Of a DNA stretch of 64,000 nt, positions 41,668 through 55,039 are shown one piece after another. Position 1 is the stretch's first letter. Each line of letters opens with the position of its first letter. The stretch is from Dicyema japonicum (Eukaryota > Animalia > Dicyemida): contig RDEW01000063.1 in the NCBI GenBank assembly GCA_011109175.1, positions 1 through 64,000 on the forward strand, read 5' to 3'. Position numbers and translations under genes: made by a program. The notes under the pieces are model-generated. The model ran no database searches. It worked only from the letters and a program-made list of their open reading frames with translations, and was not told the origin of the DNA.

Positions 41668-42109
41668 TTCACTACAACATGAATATTTTTAAAGATAAAA
41701 ATATAATAATTTTACAAATTAATAAATTAATATTTAATTTTAAAATATATTAAAATTATTTTTTCCGGATTTTTGAGTAGTTGATTAATTAAATATGTTC
41801 ATAGTAAATTACAACATGTATATTACTCACATGGTTAAGACAAAACAAATTATTTATTTATTATTATTGGTATTATTGGTATTATCGATTAAATTATTAT
41901 ATTTGATTATTTCGACTAAGGCTTATTTTTGTTACGGCTGATAATATACTACGAAGATGAGCAAATGATATCACATATCTGATCACTAGTGACTTTTCCC
42001 CTATTTAGTGGATTTTTATGAATCACGATTGTAAAATTAATTTATTAGGAAGGATTTTATTTTATATCCTTCATCATCAAGATATGAATAAGTTTTTTTA
42101 CTTAGACTT

Positions 42110-42230
42110 GATACTAATAGTGTAATAAGTTCCTAGCCGAATACCATGAAGTCCCCAGTTCGAATCTCACTGCTGTTCATTCGGTTGAAGTTTCCATGTA
42201 TCTACGATACTTCTGAATTGACTAGTGACA
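42110..42230 (+). mobile_element. tRNA-derived SINE (copy B, diverged)
   Basis: B box AGTTCGAATCT (42157-42167) followed by CTGCTGTTCATT.GGT.GAAG.TTCCA.G.ATCTACGAT, shared with copy A. Confidence 0.55.
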
Positions 42231-42779
42231 TTGTCATCAGTGTTTAATGTCGCATGCGATTACGGTTACACTAATAGCATGACTGTTCTTACTTCTTAAA
42301 TGAAGTATGAGCTCTGCTTAAGCTGAGTTTTAATAATGGAAACATTACTACTCCTTTGCGGCAGGGCTGTTGTTGAAACAAATTACTTTAATATTTTTGA
42401 TAAAAATTTGAGAAAACTTAAATCAAAAAATTAATTTATTTCATGCCAATTAATTCTAAGAATAAAGTTATGGATTCCATTCGTGATTAAATATTGAACC
42501 TTATTAATTTGATTATATTGACCGCCAAAAACGGCCACTGCATACGACCCTCAGGTTGCACCTCAAACCTGCAAAGAGAGGTTGTATTTAAGCAGGAAGA
42601 TTTTTGAGAGAGGACTTACTTCAGTCACTTTCAAAAGAGAACTGATGCTCTTCCAGTTCCATAAAAATCTGGGAAGGGTTGGCTATATATTTGAGGAGGT
42701 CGGGGATTCTGCGAGTAATTAAATAAAGGAAATGCCATTTGGCTACTATCGCAGGACTTGTTCTTTTCTACGTCGGGGA

Positions 42780-43400
42780 CATTATGTAACCATTGCAAGA
42801 AGACTGTTGATCATTTTGTCACTCAGTGTACATATAGTCATGATTCACCGAATCCAAGTACTTTTTAATGTCTATCCACGCAGTGACCAAATTATTCCCG
42901 TTCTGCTGGTTGATGCATTGGTTTAATAGTGCCTCCTCCTTAGCCCCTTTGCACATCCTTCGTGTTCCTAATTGATTGTCACTGATAAGATTGTATGCCT
43001 CAATATAGTCTGATAATTTTCTGTACACACATTTCGTAACCAAATTGTATAGATTGGGCATACACGTAATTGGTCTTAGGTCCTTTGGGGTATGCCATGT
43101 GTCTTTCTTTTGGATGAGATATGTGATTCCAATGTATAACCACTCATCTGGAGTATACTTTCCGTGTGCCTTGAGAATTCCAATTTTCTTTTGGATCTTT
43201 GCGGTTACCAGGTCCACCTAATGAATGAATGAAAGGAGGATCCATGATGACTCCAAGTATTGAAATAGTCTTCTAATTTGGGTCGGGGAATCATACAATT
43301 TTATTTATGAGGTTACTCGCATTTCTTTTGATTCTTCCACATTGACGGAATCTTGTACTCGTTTATTTTGAGATTGAAAATTTGTGTTATAGTCACACCA
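42780..43400 (-). mobile_element. R4/NeSL-type RT fragment
   Basis: DLRPITCMPNLY, NQLG and AWIDIKK.LDSVNH motifs. Confidence 0.8.
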
Positions 43401-43571
43401 CGTAGAATTATAAATTTGTATAGCTAATAATACTGATACAGTTGAATAATTAATACTATGGTCATTTCTCGTAGTGTTGATTTCTGGTCTTTAAAAAGTT
43501 GTAAAAATAGTAATTAATATTTATTAATAAAAATAACCAAGATTATGTAAGCGTTAACAAAAAACAAAAAA

Positions 43572-44510
43572 TTATGTGAATTTAGAGATTTCATCATTCC
43601 TTGTAATCATAGCTTTTACGCATTTATCAATTAAATCATTGAATCCCCCTTCATCCAATACATTTAACCCAGCTTCCGTGGTCCCCTTTGGTACTTTGAT
43701 AGACTGAATCAGTTTTTGTGTATCATAGTTATTTTCCATTAATAATTTGGCTGCATTCAACATTGTAGATGTGCAGGCATTGACAGCTACATGATCAGGG
43801 TACCCTTCAGTAGTCACGGCACGTTTTAATGCGTCGACTAAGTAAATAAACTTTATATAACAGAAAATAATTACGACACAGATGGAAGAACCAGAGGAAG
43901 CGATTACATTCCCAATCAGATGTTCATCTACCACTTGAACTGTTCCTACAGCTTCGAAAATCCACTAAATTAGAGATTTCGACTATACTTTAGAAACTTG
44001 TAATCCCCAAGAAGACACATGGTCTTTGTTGTAAGAAAAACCTGTAAACGAAGAACACATATAAGCGGCGACAGAAGGCATAGTTCTGAATACATTCAAA
44101 GGTTTTCTAGCATCGTCAGTTTTAAGGACCAAAATAAACAATTAAAAAACATATTCCATTGACTCAATTGTTATTCCAGCAGCAGTAGATATGATTATTG
44201 TAGAGGAGGGTATACTTTTTAACATTGAGATTATATCCGAGGGACGGACACAGAGGATTATAACATTACAGCTGTTTTTTATTTCTTCATTTGTGGCATA
44301 ACTAATTCCAAGATTCTTTAAATATTAATTGTGGGCATTACTGTGGCTTTATAACTTGTCTTAGGAGATGAAGTGGAAGCCTTAAGTTGGTTTGGATGCA
44401 GAATTCCTTGAATATTTAATAGTTTTACCGCTTTTTAATATTCCTTTAATAATTGACTGCGCTATTTCTCCACAGCCAATAAAACCAACTGTGACATCTT
44501 GGAATTGCAT
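43572..44510 (-). CDS. PYCR: Pyrroline-5-carboxylate reductase
   Basis: VGFIGCGEIA, STAAGITI, VFRTMP, ASSGSS and PKGTTEAGL; five 21-26 nt introns, one ending TG. Confidence 0.9.
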
Positions 44511-44619
44511 TCTAATTTTTTTAAATAAATATTTATTTAAGTTGATTATAATTAATTTTCTAATTTGTATTCCTACTAGAAGATTCCCAAACAAATGCTT
44601 AGAAAGGAGATTTTGATTG

Positions 44620-46050
44620 GAATTGATGCATCAATCAAGAAATATATTTATTCCTTGCCTAGATTGGATATTAACGATATCACTGATATCATATATGCTT
44701 GGCAGTGCACGCATAGGCCTCTTACCAAGAAGAATGTCTATGAAAGACAAACTCACTAAACTTAGCAAACAACTTGAGCAAATTCGGGAAGAAGCAATTT
44801 GACAAAGAAATACGTAATACTGTAAACCGAAAATTCCCAAATCACGACAGATCTTTGGTTTGTTAATGGACTCTCTTAGTCAAATTTCCGAAAGTAATGA
44901 TGGCAACTCCGGAAATGGAGAACCAACGTATACGACTAATCACCTATTTATGGACGATATAAAGTTGTTTTCTCGCCATAGTCACTCAATGGAAATGATG
45001 TTGGAGGAAGTTGAATCGTTTTTTGATGCAGCCGGGTTGGAGAGAAACTTTGACAAATCTGCAACAAACTTCCTTGTCCGAGAAAGCTCGTTTCCTCGAT
45101 GGATTGGATGGACAACGATATCTGGGAGTTATTGAAGATAAGAACAGTAATGTTCTTAAAGGAGAAATTATGGATAAAATCTATGAAGAAACATCTACGC
45201 AGATCAAAAATTTGACAGACGGAATTCAACTCAGTATGTAGTCTCTCTATAACTATTATATTGGATCGGTACCCCTTATCCATGAAATCCATCCAAATAC
45301 ATATCTACTTAATTAAGCATCTTGATTCGAATATCCTCATTTACCGGCCTGACAAGTTTGTTCTCTTCCTCTGTCAGGCCTTCATACAATTTCTTCCCGA
45401 AGGCTAGTTTTATTGCCGCTCGCCGGGTTTTCTCTAGTCGGACGAGAATCCTTTCTCTCGAGGGGGTGTAGAACTATCCCTCGCTTCCGTAAATAAGTCT
45501 AGGAAGAATCACATTCCGAAAGACAAATAGCATGGAATCAACGTCCAACTTTTGTCTTTTAGTACAGAACAGTGCTTGCAAAGCCTTCTTCCTTCGCCCT
45601 TCGATGTCCCTCAGGTATGACTCTCCCATCGACTGAAATCCCCAGGTATTTCATAGATGAAACTCTCGATATACGAAGAGTGTAGGGCTCTTCCTGATGC
45701 CTACCCGACCTGTTTATCCTCAAGTAACTGGATTTTTCCGTGGAGAGTTTCATGTCTCTCCGATCGCACCAACCCTGGACTAATGACAGCCTATGAAGAG
45801 CGGAAATACTACGGGTCATTAATTCAAAGAAAACACACAGAATTCATTTCCCGAAAGTACAACATTGAAAATGTGAAGGACTTGTCTAAATTGATGGAAA
45901 AACAGTATGAATATCTCTGGAAAAATTGAGAAGAAACCGCAGCAATCTATTTATTTCAGTGTTTGAAAGACACAGAAGTGAATACAACACTCCCTGTAAT
46001 CGATCGTAACATGTCTCCGATAACGGAGAAATTAAGTACGGAAATCGTAT
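44620..46050. mobile_element. R4/NeSL-type RT C-terminal fragments (+, about 44620-45330 and 45760-46050) interrupted by a CR1/L2/Jockey-like piece (-, about 45330-45760)
   Basis: HLFMDDIKLF, GLERNFDKSA and RYLGVIE on plus strand; SMKYLGISVD on minus strand. Confidence 0.7.
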
Positions 46051-46079
46051 TCAGTAAAGAAGACAACTCAAAAATGACC

Positions 46080-46540
46080 TTGCAACTATGTGTGAGAGAA
46101 TGCTAAATAGCTCGTGTTTAAGTGATCAGTATCAGCACAGAGCAAGCTGGAATTTTATTTCGACTCGTTGCGACTCGGAATTGCATCGTTTGCTGCCAGT
46201 AGCAGCAGATGGCTCGATGGACTGGGCCAGGCCATATCAGGGATCTGACGTCTGCTCCTACAGCCGAGGCTGGACATAATCTCGTCAAGTCGATCACTAA
46301 TCTTATCTACCGTATAATCAATGGAAATATTCCATCAAATGCACGGGACCTTCTCTTCTTTGGCCACCTACTGGCATTCAAAAAGAATGATGGAGGTGTC
46401 CGTCCTATTGCAGTTGGCAACTATTTCCGAAGATTAGCTGCGAAAATTGCTTCCAGACTTGTTTTCCAAGGATCAATGAAGAATTATCCCTAATCCAACT
46501 GGGTGTAGGCGTACATATGGAAGGCTCAGTGTAGGTAATG
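46080..46540 (+). mobile_element. CRE-clade RT N-terminal fragment
   Basis: AFKKNDGGVRPIAVGNYFRRLAAK is the CRE-type RT domain 1-2 motif. Confidence 0.8.
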
Positions 46541-46569
46541 AAAAGCAAACTCATTAATAATTAGAAATT

Positions 46570-46700
46570 AAATCGAGAACGCATTTCCCCTGACGATTTG
46601 CAAGGAAATACGCTCGATTAGACAGCTTTTTTCTCTTCCATCATTTTTCCTCTTCGCAATGAGAGATCCGATTCTGTCCAACAGGGTCAGTGAACTTTAT
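46570..46700 (-). mobile_element. CRE-clade 3' fragment
   Basis: LDRIGSLIAKRK..IERISLQIVRGNAFSI. Confidence 0.75.
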
Positions 46701-46779
46701 TATCTTTATTAATAATACAAAATAAATAGTTAATACAGTGGCCATGAATGACCTTATTTACCACTTAACCAAAATGGCG

Positions 46780-48050
46780 ACATACAACCTAATCTGGGAC
46801 TCGACTCTACACTGATTATTCTACAATTCAATGTAAATGGAATCCACAATAAAGTGTTGAAACTACGCTCCCTATTATCCCATTTGAAAGTGGAAGTTGC
46901 CATCATTCAAATATCTAAGCTCTCTAGAACATCTCCAATTGTTTTCCTGGATATTCTGTACTTCGCAAGGACCAGACAAGAAGTCTCGAAGGAGGATTAT
47001 TGACTATCGTTAAGGATGGACTTAAATTTACAGATGTCACCCCATTTGTATCTTCTCTCCGGGAAGGGGATTTTATTCTGGAATAGATTTCTATTGAAGC
47101 TTCCTTTTCTCCGACGAGATGTTTTACACTGTGCAATGTCTATATCCAGCCTCAGGGGTCATGTGCTACTTCCTATATCCCCAACCTATTGAGATTGTGT
47201 GGACTAAAGGATCTGCTACTATGCGGAGACTTAAATGCCAAACATCCGCTCTGGCTCCGGTCACAATCAGCCGACAATCGCGGAGAGTACATACTATCTA
47301 TACTATACGAATTAAAAATTCTCAATAATCCAAATTCCCATACTCCGAAGAGGGGACAGCCCAACATCTGACTTGTCATATGTATTCCTTTCTTGCTTGA
47401 TATCGTTCCTTGGATGTTCGTTATGGTTTTAAAAGCGACCATAACTCAATTGTGATGAGACTCAAAAGATCTATTTGTTGGCCAAGATGTTCTGCAAAGT
47501 TCAAGAACTATTCGAAGGCTAACTGGATAGGTTACAGCACGTTTTGGAGAGTTGTTTATTAAGCTTAGCTGTTGAAGACTTTGTTATTGACAAGGGAGCT
47601 AAGATATTAACTTCGATAATCCTGAGAGCCACATAATGTTTATTTCCTGATCGTCTACAAAACATTCAATCCGAAACTATCTAAAGGCATCATGACACTT
47701 ATCAAGAAACTGGATGCATTGAAGAAAACCGGATTGCAAACAAATTCCTATATATCGTCCATATGCACTATAAATTACAGAATTTCGCAACTAATCCGTG
47801 CTAACCACAGACATAAGTGGAGCAGGCTTGTTGGTCGACTATGCTACAGAAATTCGTGTGACATCGACAGTGTCTGTACTATTCACCTCAAGCACCTATG
47901 ACCTCGGCACATATCGTGTTACCGAGGCTATACAACTATTCTATCAATTCCTATACAATACCTAATATATGGAAGAATTCACTGATTACACCAATTCTCA
48001 AGCCTGGAAAATCAAACGACATTCCATCCTCTTACATGTTTCTATAACTT
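46780..48050 (+). mobile_element. Jockey/I-group LINE APE-region relic
   Basis: QFNVNGI, GGLLTIVK, LCGDLNAKHPLW and SDHN-like motifs, similar to 8884-9600. Confidence 0.75.
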
Positions 48051-48216
48051 AGGTCATGTCAAAAGTATTGGAAAGCTTGTATTAATGTTAATCTTCCCTG
48101 TTCTACAATTATCCAGATTTTAAGGCTTAGTTAATGAAGACGTCGCACAAAAGCAAAATAATATTGATTTCATTCTATAATAAATAGATCAGAAAGTTGC
48201 ATTAATATTAATTATA

Positions 48217-48900
48217 TTGGTTGAGGTGGTGCCTCTATTACACAAATGTCTGAAACGCACTTAAAGCGTTTGGAGGAGCTTAAAATAACATCTTTCTATG
48301 TAAGAGGGATCAGCAAGGAATGGAAAAGAAACCTGTTATGTTCGGATCTGGGGAGATATGGTGCAGACGTGGGATGCCTAAAAGAGACAAAAGTACAGGC
48401 TGGAATGGACAATCTACATGGAGACTATAGACTCATTTTACTACCATCGTCATCAAGACACTATGATAGGGTTTTGCCGTGCACAAGAAACGTGTTCGTG
48501 GGATACGTCGGTGTTGGAGTGTTAACGACAGAATCAGCATACTACAAATACGGGTTGGGATCAAACGCACGTCGAGGACCCTTTTTTAAATTATAAATGT
48601 TTATGCACCCCACAGTGACGGATCGCCAAAGATTCAGACGAATTTGACCCTTTCTACGTGCAACTGTCGAGGACATATGCCGAACTGGAATCATCTTTTC
48701 TAGTCTTCATTGCCGGAGACTGGAATTCTAAAGCAGGAGTACGTCGGGAACATGAGTTGACTATCGGGAAACACGGAAAAGGGATCAGGAACCTGCCGGG
48801 ACTGTGCTGATAAATTTCTGTCGGTAATTGGCTGACTATGATAAATTTCTGTCGGTAATTCATCGCTATGTAAATCAAGGAACCACGTGGGCGGGTTTCT
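48217..48900 (+). mobile_element. RTE 5' end (APE)
   Basis: 5' motif TTGGTTGAGGTGGTG; SFYVRGISK, LKETK, AGDWNSK. Confidence 0.8.
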
Positions 48901-49229
48901 AGATAGAAGAGGTCGAAATTTTGATTTTTTATATTATAGTTAAAAGCCTGCAATGTATTATTGGGGGATTAATTTGGTTGTTACAAGCACAATTAATAAA
49001 ATAAATAACTCTGTCAGTATTCATCTAAATACGACGATGAACAATAAAATTGGCCAGTTTTCTTTAGTGCTGAGGACAGTATTCATCTCTATCTTTAACA
49101 CAATAGTAATGGTTGCATGTAATTGTGCTTCTTTTAACTGATAAAGTAGCTTATAATCTGGTGATAATGTCCTTGAAATCTTTTGTACTTTATCGTCATT
49201 ACTATAAAGTGATATTCTTATATCTTGAC

Positions 49230-50540
49230 AGAATGGCTTTGCAATTTGTAATGAGTGACAGAAGTAAGAGAAAACTTGCATTACAAGATAATCCACATAC
49301 TGTTGCGACTGAAGTGTTTGTGGGTTTGCCACTGAAGGGGTCTACCGACTACCATCAGCTTCTTTAATTAAAGAAATTCAAGAAATTTAAAAGATCAAGC
49401 TCCTCCCAATCCACTTAACATAGACCTGTTAAAAATACCTCCAGAATACAAATACTCTTATGAAAAATGAATTAAACAACAAGTTATGGAATAGGTATCT
49501 ATCAGTCCGCCGGTTGGCCTGGACTGTTCATCCAGGTACCCCTTTCCCTTGTTAACCATCCATTTGCTGGTCTAAGCAGTTACACATCCTAATTTCATCT
49601 CCAGAACGTTGTAGGTACAAAGCCAGTACGCCTATCTTCAGTTAGTTCTCCTTTTGTAGGTCCTTTCCCCATTATGTACTTACACAGTAGTCCCAACCCG
49701 TCCTGTAGGGATCAATGATGTGGTTAACAAAGTCCCGTGTAGATCCCAATTCGAATGTAGGGAACAATTGGTGTGGGTACTAGATCCAACTTGGAAAATG
49801 TCCGTTAATGTGCAAAAGAACGGAAGAAATCTATAACAAAAAGTTTTTTTTCTGAATTAAAATCATTGGAGCCATCGTTATCAGCTAGGACAATTATGAC
49901 TGATTTCGAAAAAGCAGCTATAAATGGATTGAATATTATATTTCCTGATGGTATTACGAAGGGCTGTTTCTTTCATTTGTCCCAATCCATATTTAGATGC
50001 ATCTAATCACAGGGACTACAATTATTATATCAGAGAGATTCAGAATTCGCTTTGAAAATGCGCATAATTGCGCCGCTCGCATTTGTCCCCACATTAAATG
50101 TTGTTCATTATTTTGAACATTTGTGCGATTACAACAGTTTCCCAGAAAAAAGCTCAACCTGTACTGGATTATGTAGAAGATATTTGGATATGACGTCCCG
50201 ACCGCCGTCAAGTATGTCGTTGTCCACGTTTTGCCCATGAATCGTGGAATTGTTTTGAAGCAGCGAGAGTTGCTGGGTCTATAACAAATAACTCTTGCGA
50301 AGGATGGCATCATTCTTTTAATTCTTTAATTGGAGCGTGTCATCCTACTATTTGGAAGTTTATTGATGTTTTGAAGAAAGAACAACCAAGAAATAAAACT
50401 AAAATTGAACAGTATATTGCTGGTGGGGAAGGTCCTACACAAAAGAAAAAAATACAGAGATAATGCTTAAGAATTCAACGCATTGTAAATGACTTCGATA
50501 ATCGCGAAATTCTTGACTATTTAAAAGGCATTGCCTAATT
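49230..50540 (+). mobile_element. Mutator-like (MULE) transposase relic, with a roughly 320-bp unrelated insertion at 49500-49825
   Basis: IMTDFEKAAING, GCFFHLSQSI, LAFVP, NNSCEGWHH and HPTIWKFIDVL motifs. Confidence 0.85.
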
Positions 50541-50879
50541 TAGCATTTTAGAAATTAACACAATGTTTTTGTTAATAATTGTTATAAACTTGTTTTCAAA
50601 AAATTATATTATCATAAATATTAACTTAAAGGTTGACCTTTAATTTTAATCAATAATCAGTAAGATAATCAATAATTTTTCTATCAATTTTTCTATCACT
50701 TTAACCAATACACTCAATTTAACACTATTTGGAGAATTGAAGTTGTCAATTTTCTTCTATCTTGGGGATCTGGCCACGTGACTCGTTTCGTCAAATTAAT
50801 CGCCAAAATCACATTTTAATAATAATATTAAAAATAAAAATTTCGACCTCTTCCTTCAAGAACCCACGTGGTCGCTTGG

Positions 50880-53060
50880 ATTTACCGGCGATGAATTTAC
50901 CGGCAAGGTCATACGGAGGGGCCGTCGTGGAAAGCGACCACAAGATCGTCGTAGCCCTGTTTGATATTACAAGTGGCACGCACTTCAGGAACAAAGCCAC
51001 CTCAGGTTATACGGAGAGGATGCCTAGTCGAGAGATTATGTTTTTCACATTTCACTAGAAATATCTATCGAGCATCTATGGAACATTATCTACAGCAATA
51101 GAGACAGGCCTTCTACCGAGAGTCACTTGGACGCATACAATGGAAAGAATTCACATGGCTGCAGACGAACACATTGGGAGGCGGCCGCACAACGCACGAG
51201 GTACCGAGCAGGGCCACCCCGATGTTCCCGCACTAGCTGCAAAACAGAAGGATCTTCGACTATCGCTTAAAACATGACTACATAGACAGGAAATGCTTTT
51301 ACAGTCGGAACGTACCAGGATACAAAGAAAAATCAGAAAATTAAAAAGTGAACATGTTGCAAACGTTTTGGATGCCAGGCTAAAGAAAGTGGAGAATCTA
51401 AAGATTGTGCGCAGATGTTCTTGGCAATGCGCCTGCTTAAGAGGAGGAACCAAAAGGGCAAACTAAAAATTTAGGATAACAAAGGGAATATGATTTTTGA
51501 CGCTACGGAACAAGCCGAACTTATTGCTGCTCATTTTGAACGACTCTTTGACGTTGACGGGGAAAAGGTGGACCTAATCACTGGTAATGCAGGAAATCTT
51601 GTAAATGAAATCACGGTGGGAGAAGTTATGAAAGCAATAGAGAGACTGAAGTGCAATCGCTCGTCAGGACCGGATGGCATAAGTGCTGAGTTAATGAAGT
51701 ACGGCCCAAAACCCTAGTGGAAATTGTGGCCAAAGTATTAAACAAAATGTTTGCAACTAAAGACCTTCTTCCGTTGAGCAAAGGAATTCTAGTGCCGATT
51801 CAAAAGCTAAATAAAAGGGCGGGCCTTGTGGAAAACCTGTGCCCAGTCATCCTACTCAATACGCTAAGAAAGGTCCTTGCTCTGGTGATGCTGGATCGTG
51901 TGCAAGAGCCTGTGAATGAATTCCTGTCATCGAGCCACAGTGGATTCAGGACAGGCAGATCTACCGCTGATGTGGTCTGGGCATAGGTAGCGTTGTGCCA
52001 CTTACCAAAGATTTGAGAGTGCGACTACAAGTTTGGGGATCGACATGTCGAGAGTTTTCGACACAATTCGCCGAGGAAAGCTTATTGATGTTTTACGGGG
52101 ATTCCTTAATAGGGATTTTGTCAGGATGATAGAAGTTTTATTGTCGAACACAGAACTGACGGTACGAGATGGGAGTACGTCGTCTAGAAATTTTTCGACG
52201 ACTGTGGGTACCCCCCAGGGGGATTTCCTTTCCCCTTTGCTGATTGTGGTATCCCTGGAGGTAGCGTGGTCTTAGAAGTTTTTATAATGGTCAAATCACC
52301 GAAATTATATACGCTGATGATGTGGATTTTGTATCGGAAGATAAAGCAGCCTTGAGGCGGTTACTTGACGTTCCCCCTGCAGAGCTTGAGAAATAGTTTC
52401 TTAGTGTGAAAACAACTAAAACTAAAATTGTGGAAATCGTACGCGTGGGATCAAGATTGGAAGAGAGAAGACGTTTCAGAAAGCTCAGCTCCCTCCTCGG
52501 AGACAGTGAGGACATAACCCGGAGGAAAGTACTATCGACGGTCGCAATGAACAGGATGAAGACGGATTGGTTGGCTAAAAGACCGGTAACGGTCGCGCTT
52601 CGTTTGCGCCTCTATAATGCTTTCTTGAAGCCGGTCCTGCTATATAACTCTTCCTGCTAGGGGATCTCGTTCTCAGAAACCAAAAATCTTAACTCCTTCC
52701 ACCGAAGGCAATTACAAATACTATGCGGGGTACAATGGCCGACACGGATCAACAATGAGCTCAACGCGACCTGTGACTTGGGATGTGATGTGGCCCGACG
52801 GAGACTGTTTGGACACGTCCTACGGATGGACCCCACATCACCTGTAAATTTGGCAATGGATGAATATTTCGCTGCAAGGGCAAAGAAATATCGGAGGCGT
52901 CTGCGTACTACGCTACTGGGGGTGCTGGATGAGGATTTCAAGGTAATCAACCGGGGGCTCGTAAGTAAGGAGGATCTGGATACTATGAAAAGTTTGGCGT
53001 GTAACAAGGGAGGATGGACGAGATTGTTCAGAAAAAATCGCTTTAAGTGCTGACGTGAGG
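50880..53060 (+). mobile_element. 5'-truncated, degenerate RTE LINE
   Basis: RSYGGAVVESDH, SSGPDGI, GFRTGRSTAD, GTPQGD, YADD and RLFGHVLRM; related to 13891-16920. Confidence 0.9.
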
Positions 53061-53242
53061 AAATATAACAATTATGTTTCTACGATAATATTAATAAATA
53101 AATTAATTATATTTTTTTACAAAATAATTTAAAACTCGGTTAGAAATAATATTGCTAAATTTAAATTTGTTTAAAAATGATAAATTAAAAATAATCGAAT
53201 AAAATATTGAATTCTGTGTTAATAATAAATTTCTCATTTGGA

Positions 53243-54424
53243 ATGTCGTATGTCTTATAATTTATAATTCTAGACTATTAAATATATTTTATTGTAACAA
53301 TGGGTGTTTAGCTACTAAAAGAATTTTTGCCGACTGCACAACGACCAGAGAGACTATTAAAAACGTGCCCATGCTTTAAAAAAAACTAGATTTTTGATGT
53401 TGATTTCTTCGACAAAAGCACCGTGGACTATTTGGTCTTGTTCATTGCTTACAGCAATAATAAACATGTGGTTTTATGTGATATAAATCTGCAGTATTAT
53501 CTTGAAACAAAGAAGAGTTTGAAAAGTCTTCTCAGGAATAAAGAGGAGTCTTTTGTCTTTCAAGTTTATGTCGTGAAGTGTGAGGACTCATTCGAGACCA
53601 TTTTGGATCTGCTGTTTTGTCCTACGACACGAAGACAGCTCGGAAAGGTACTCAAGAAGATGCACAAGTCGAGAATACTGTTTTCCATTAGTCCCTTAAT
53701 TCGCAGAGTTTCCTTCTCAGATTCCGGGGAATTCACATCCTACGACGTGGATATAAGAAACATACCCACAAAGGCTATACAAGAACAGGCTAAAAACGAT
53801 CTTATCGAGAAACTACGGACAGAAATCTTATCCAACCATGCCCAAGTCATTGGAGACCTGGGTAGTATTTACAACAGGATAGGTTTTCTAGAAGGTATCA
53901 GTTTTGCTTATTTTTAGATGGCCAGAAACGTATGTATTATTATTGCTTGCTCTTAGTGTGGATTACAAAGTCAATTTAAGTAATTTGAGAGAAACAGTGG
54001 CCAAAAAATCCGAGAATACATCTCCTGAAAACAAGAAACTGGCGGATTTATTAATCGGGGGTTTTGTTGGGTCGTTTCTTGTAGAATTTGATAGTTTGAG
54101 TGAAAAATTTTATGATCTTACAGCAAGGACTACGGATGACTACATATATAGTACATATAACCAGTTTGACGAAAAATTTAATAGTCTAATTGAAAACCTT
54201 AAAGATTCCACTTTGAAAAGTCTCGAAAATTTAAAAGATCAATTTGAAAAACAGAACAATGAAATTAAGGGTTTGTAGCCGTTTTATTGTTTGTAGGTCT
54301 TATTTCAGACATGAATCCGTCACGTGATCCATCATGGCACTCAATTCTTTCGGAAGATTTCATAGAAATCTCTGACGACGATGAAACGAATTCCGTTTAT
54401 TTCCAACGGAATAATCGGGATTAG
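53243..54424 (+). CDS. Hypothetical protein, about 340 aa, 7 exons, coiled-coil-like C-terminal half
   Basis: Six canonical 23-27 nt introns join into one stop-free frame from ATG 53243 to TAG 54422-54424; no family recognised. Confidence 0.75.
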
Positions 54425-55039
54425 TTAATATTCCATCATTCTTTTACATTTCGAATTTTTAAAACTTGTTTTGGTTTTGTAATTGATTTTAAATGAGATT
54501 TGATGTATCGATTTACACATATTATGTTAGTGCCAATTGAATTTCTAATTAAATTATTGATTTCAATTACAATCTTCCATAAATTGTCTAACTTAATGGT
54601 TTCATGGGAAAACATGTTTGGATAGAAATGTGACTCACGTGGAGAGAGGATTTATCAATTTATCGATAATTTTATAAAAGGGGAGTTATTTTAAGTATTA
54701 AAGATGTCTAATTTAACTACTTTTATTGTATTTAAAGTTATATATATTTTCTAACATCAACTTAATTATTGTATTATCTTTTTGAATAAGTATTTGGATT
54801 TAACTCTCCCACTCTTCTCGTGGGAATGGATTATCAAAATAATTTTAGTCAATTTATTGAAATGTAATTTTAAAATTATTAAAATCAGATATGTATACAA
54901 GACCAATTAAATGGGATTAGTATATTAATGAATTTGTGTCCAAGTGAATTGACAATTAAGTAATCGAATTAGTCTAGCTTAATTAATTTGGAAGTTGTTT
55001 TAATATTAAAACATTTTAAAGCAATAATTAAATATTGTA

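Noticed and set aside
48805-48860. Short direct repeat (TGATAAATTTCTGTCGGTAATT twice)
   Set aside because: Local duplication inside a dead RTE copy, with no sign of function
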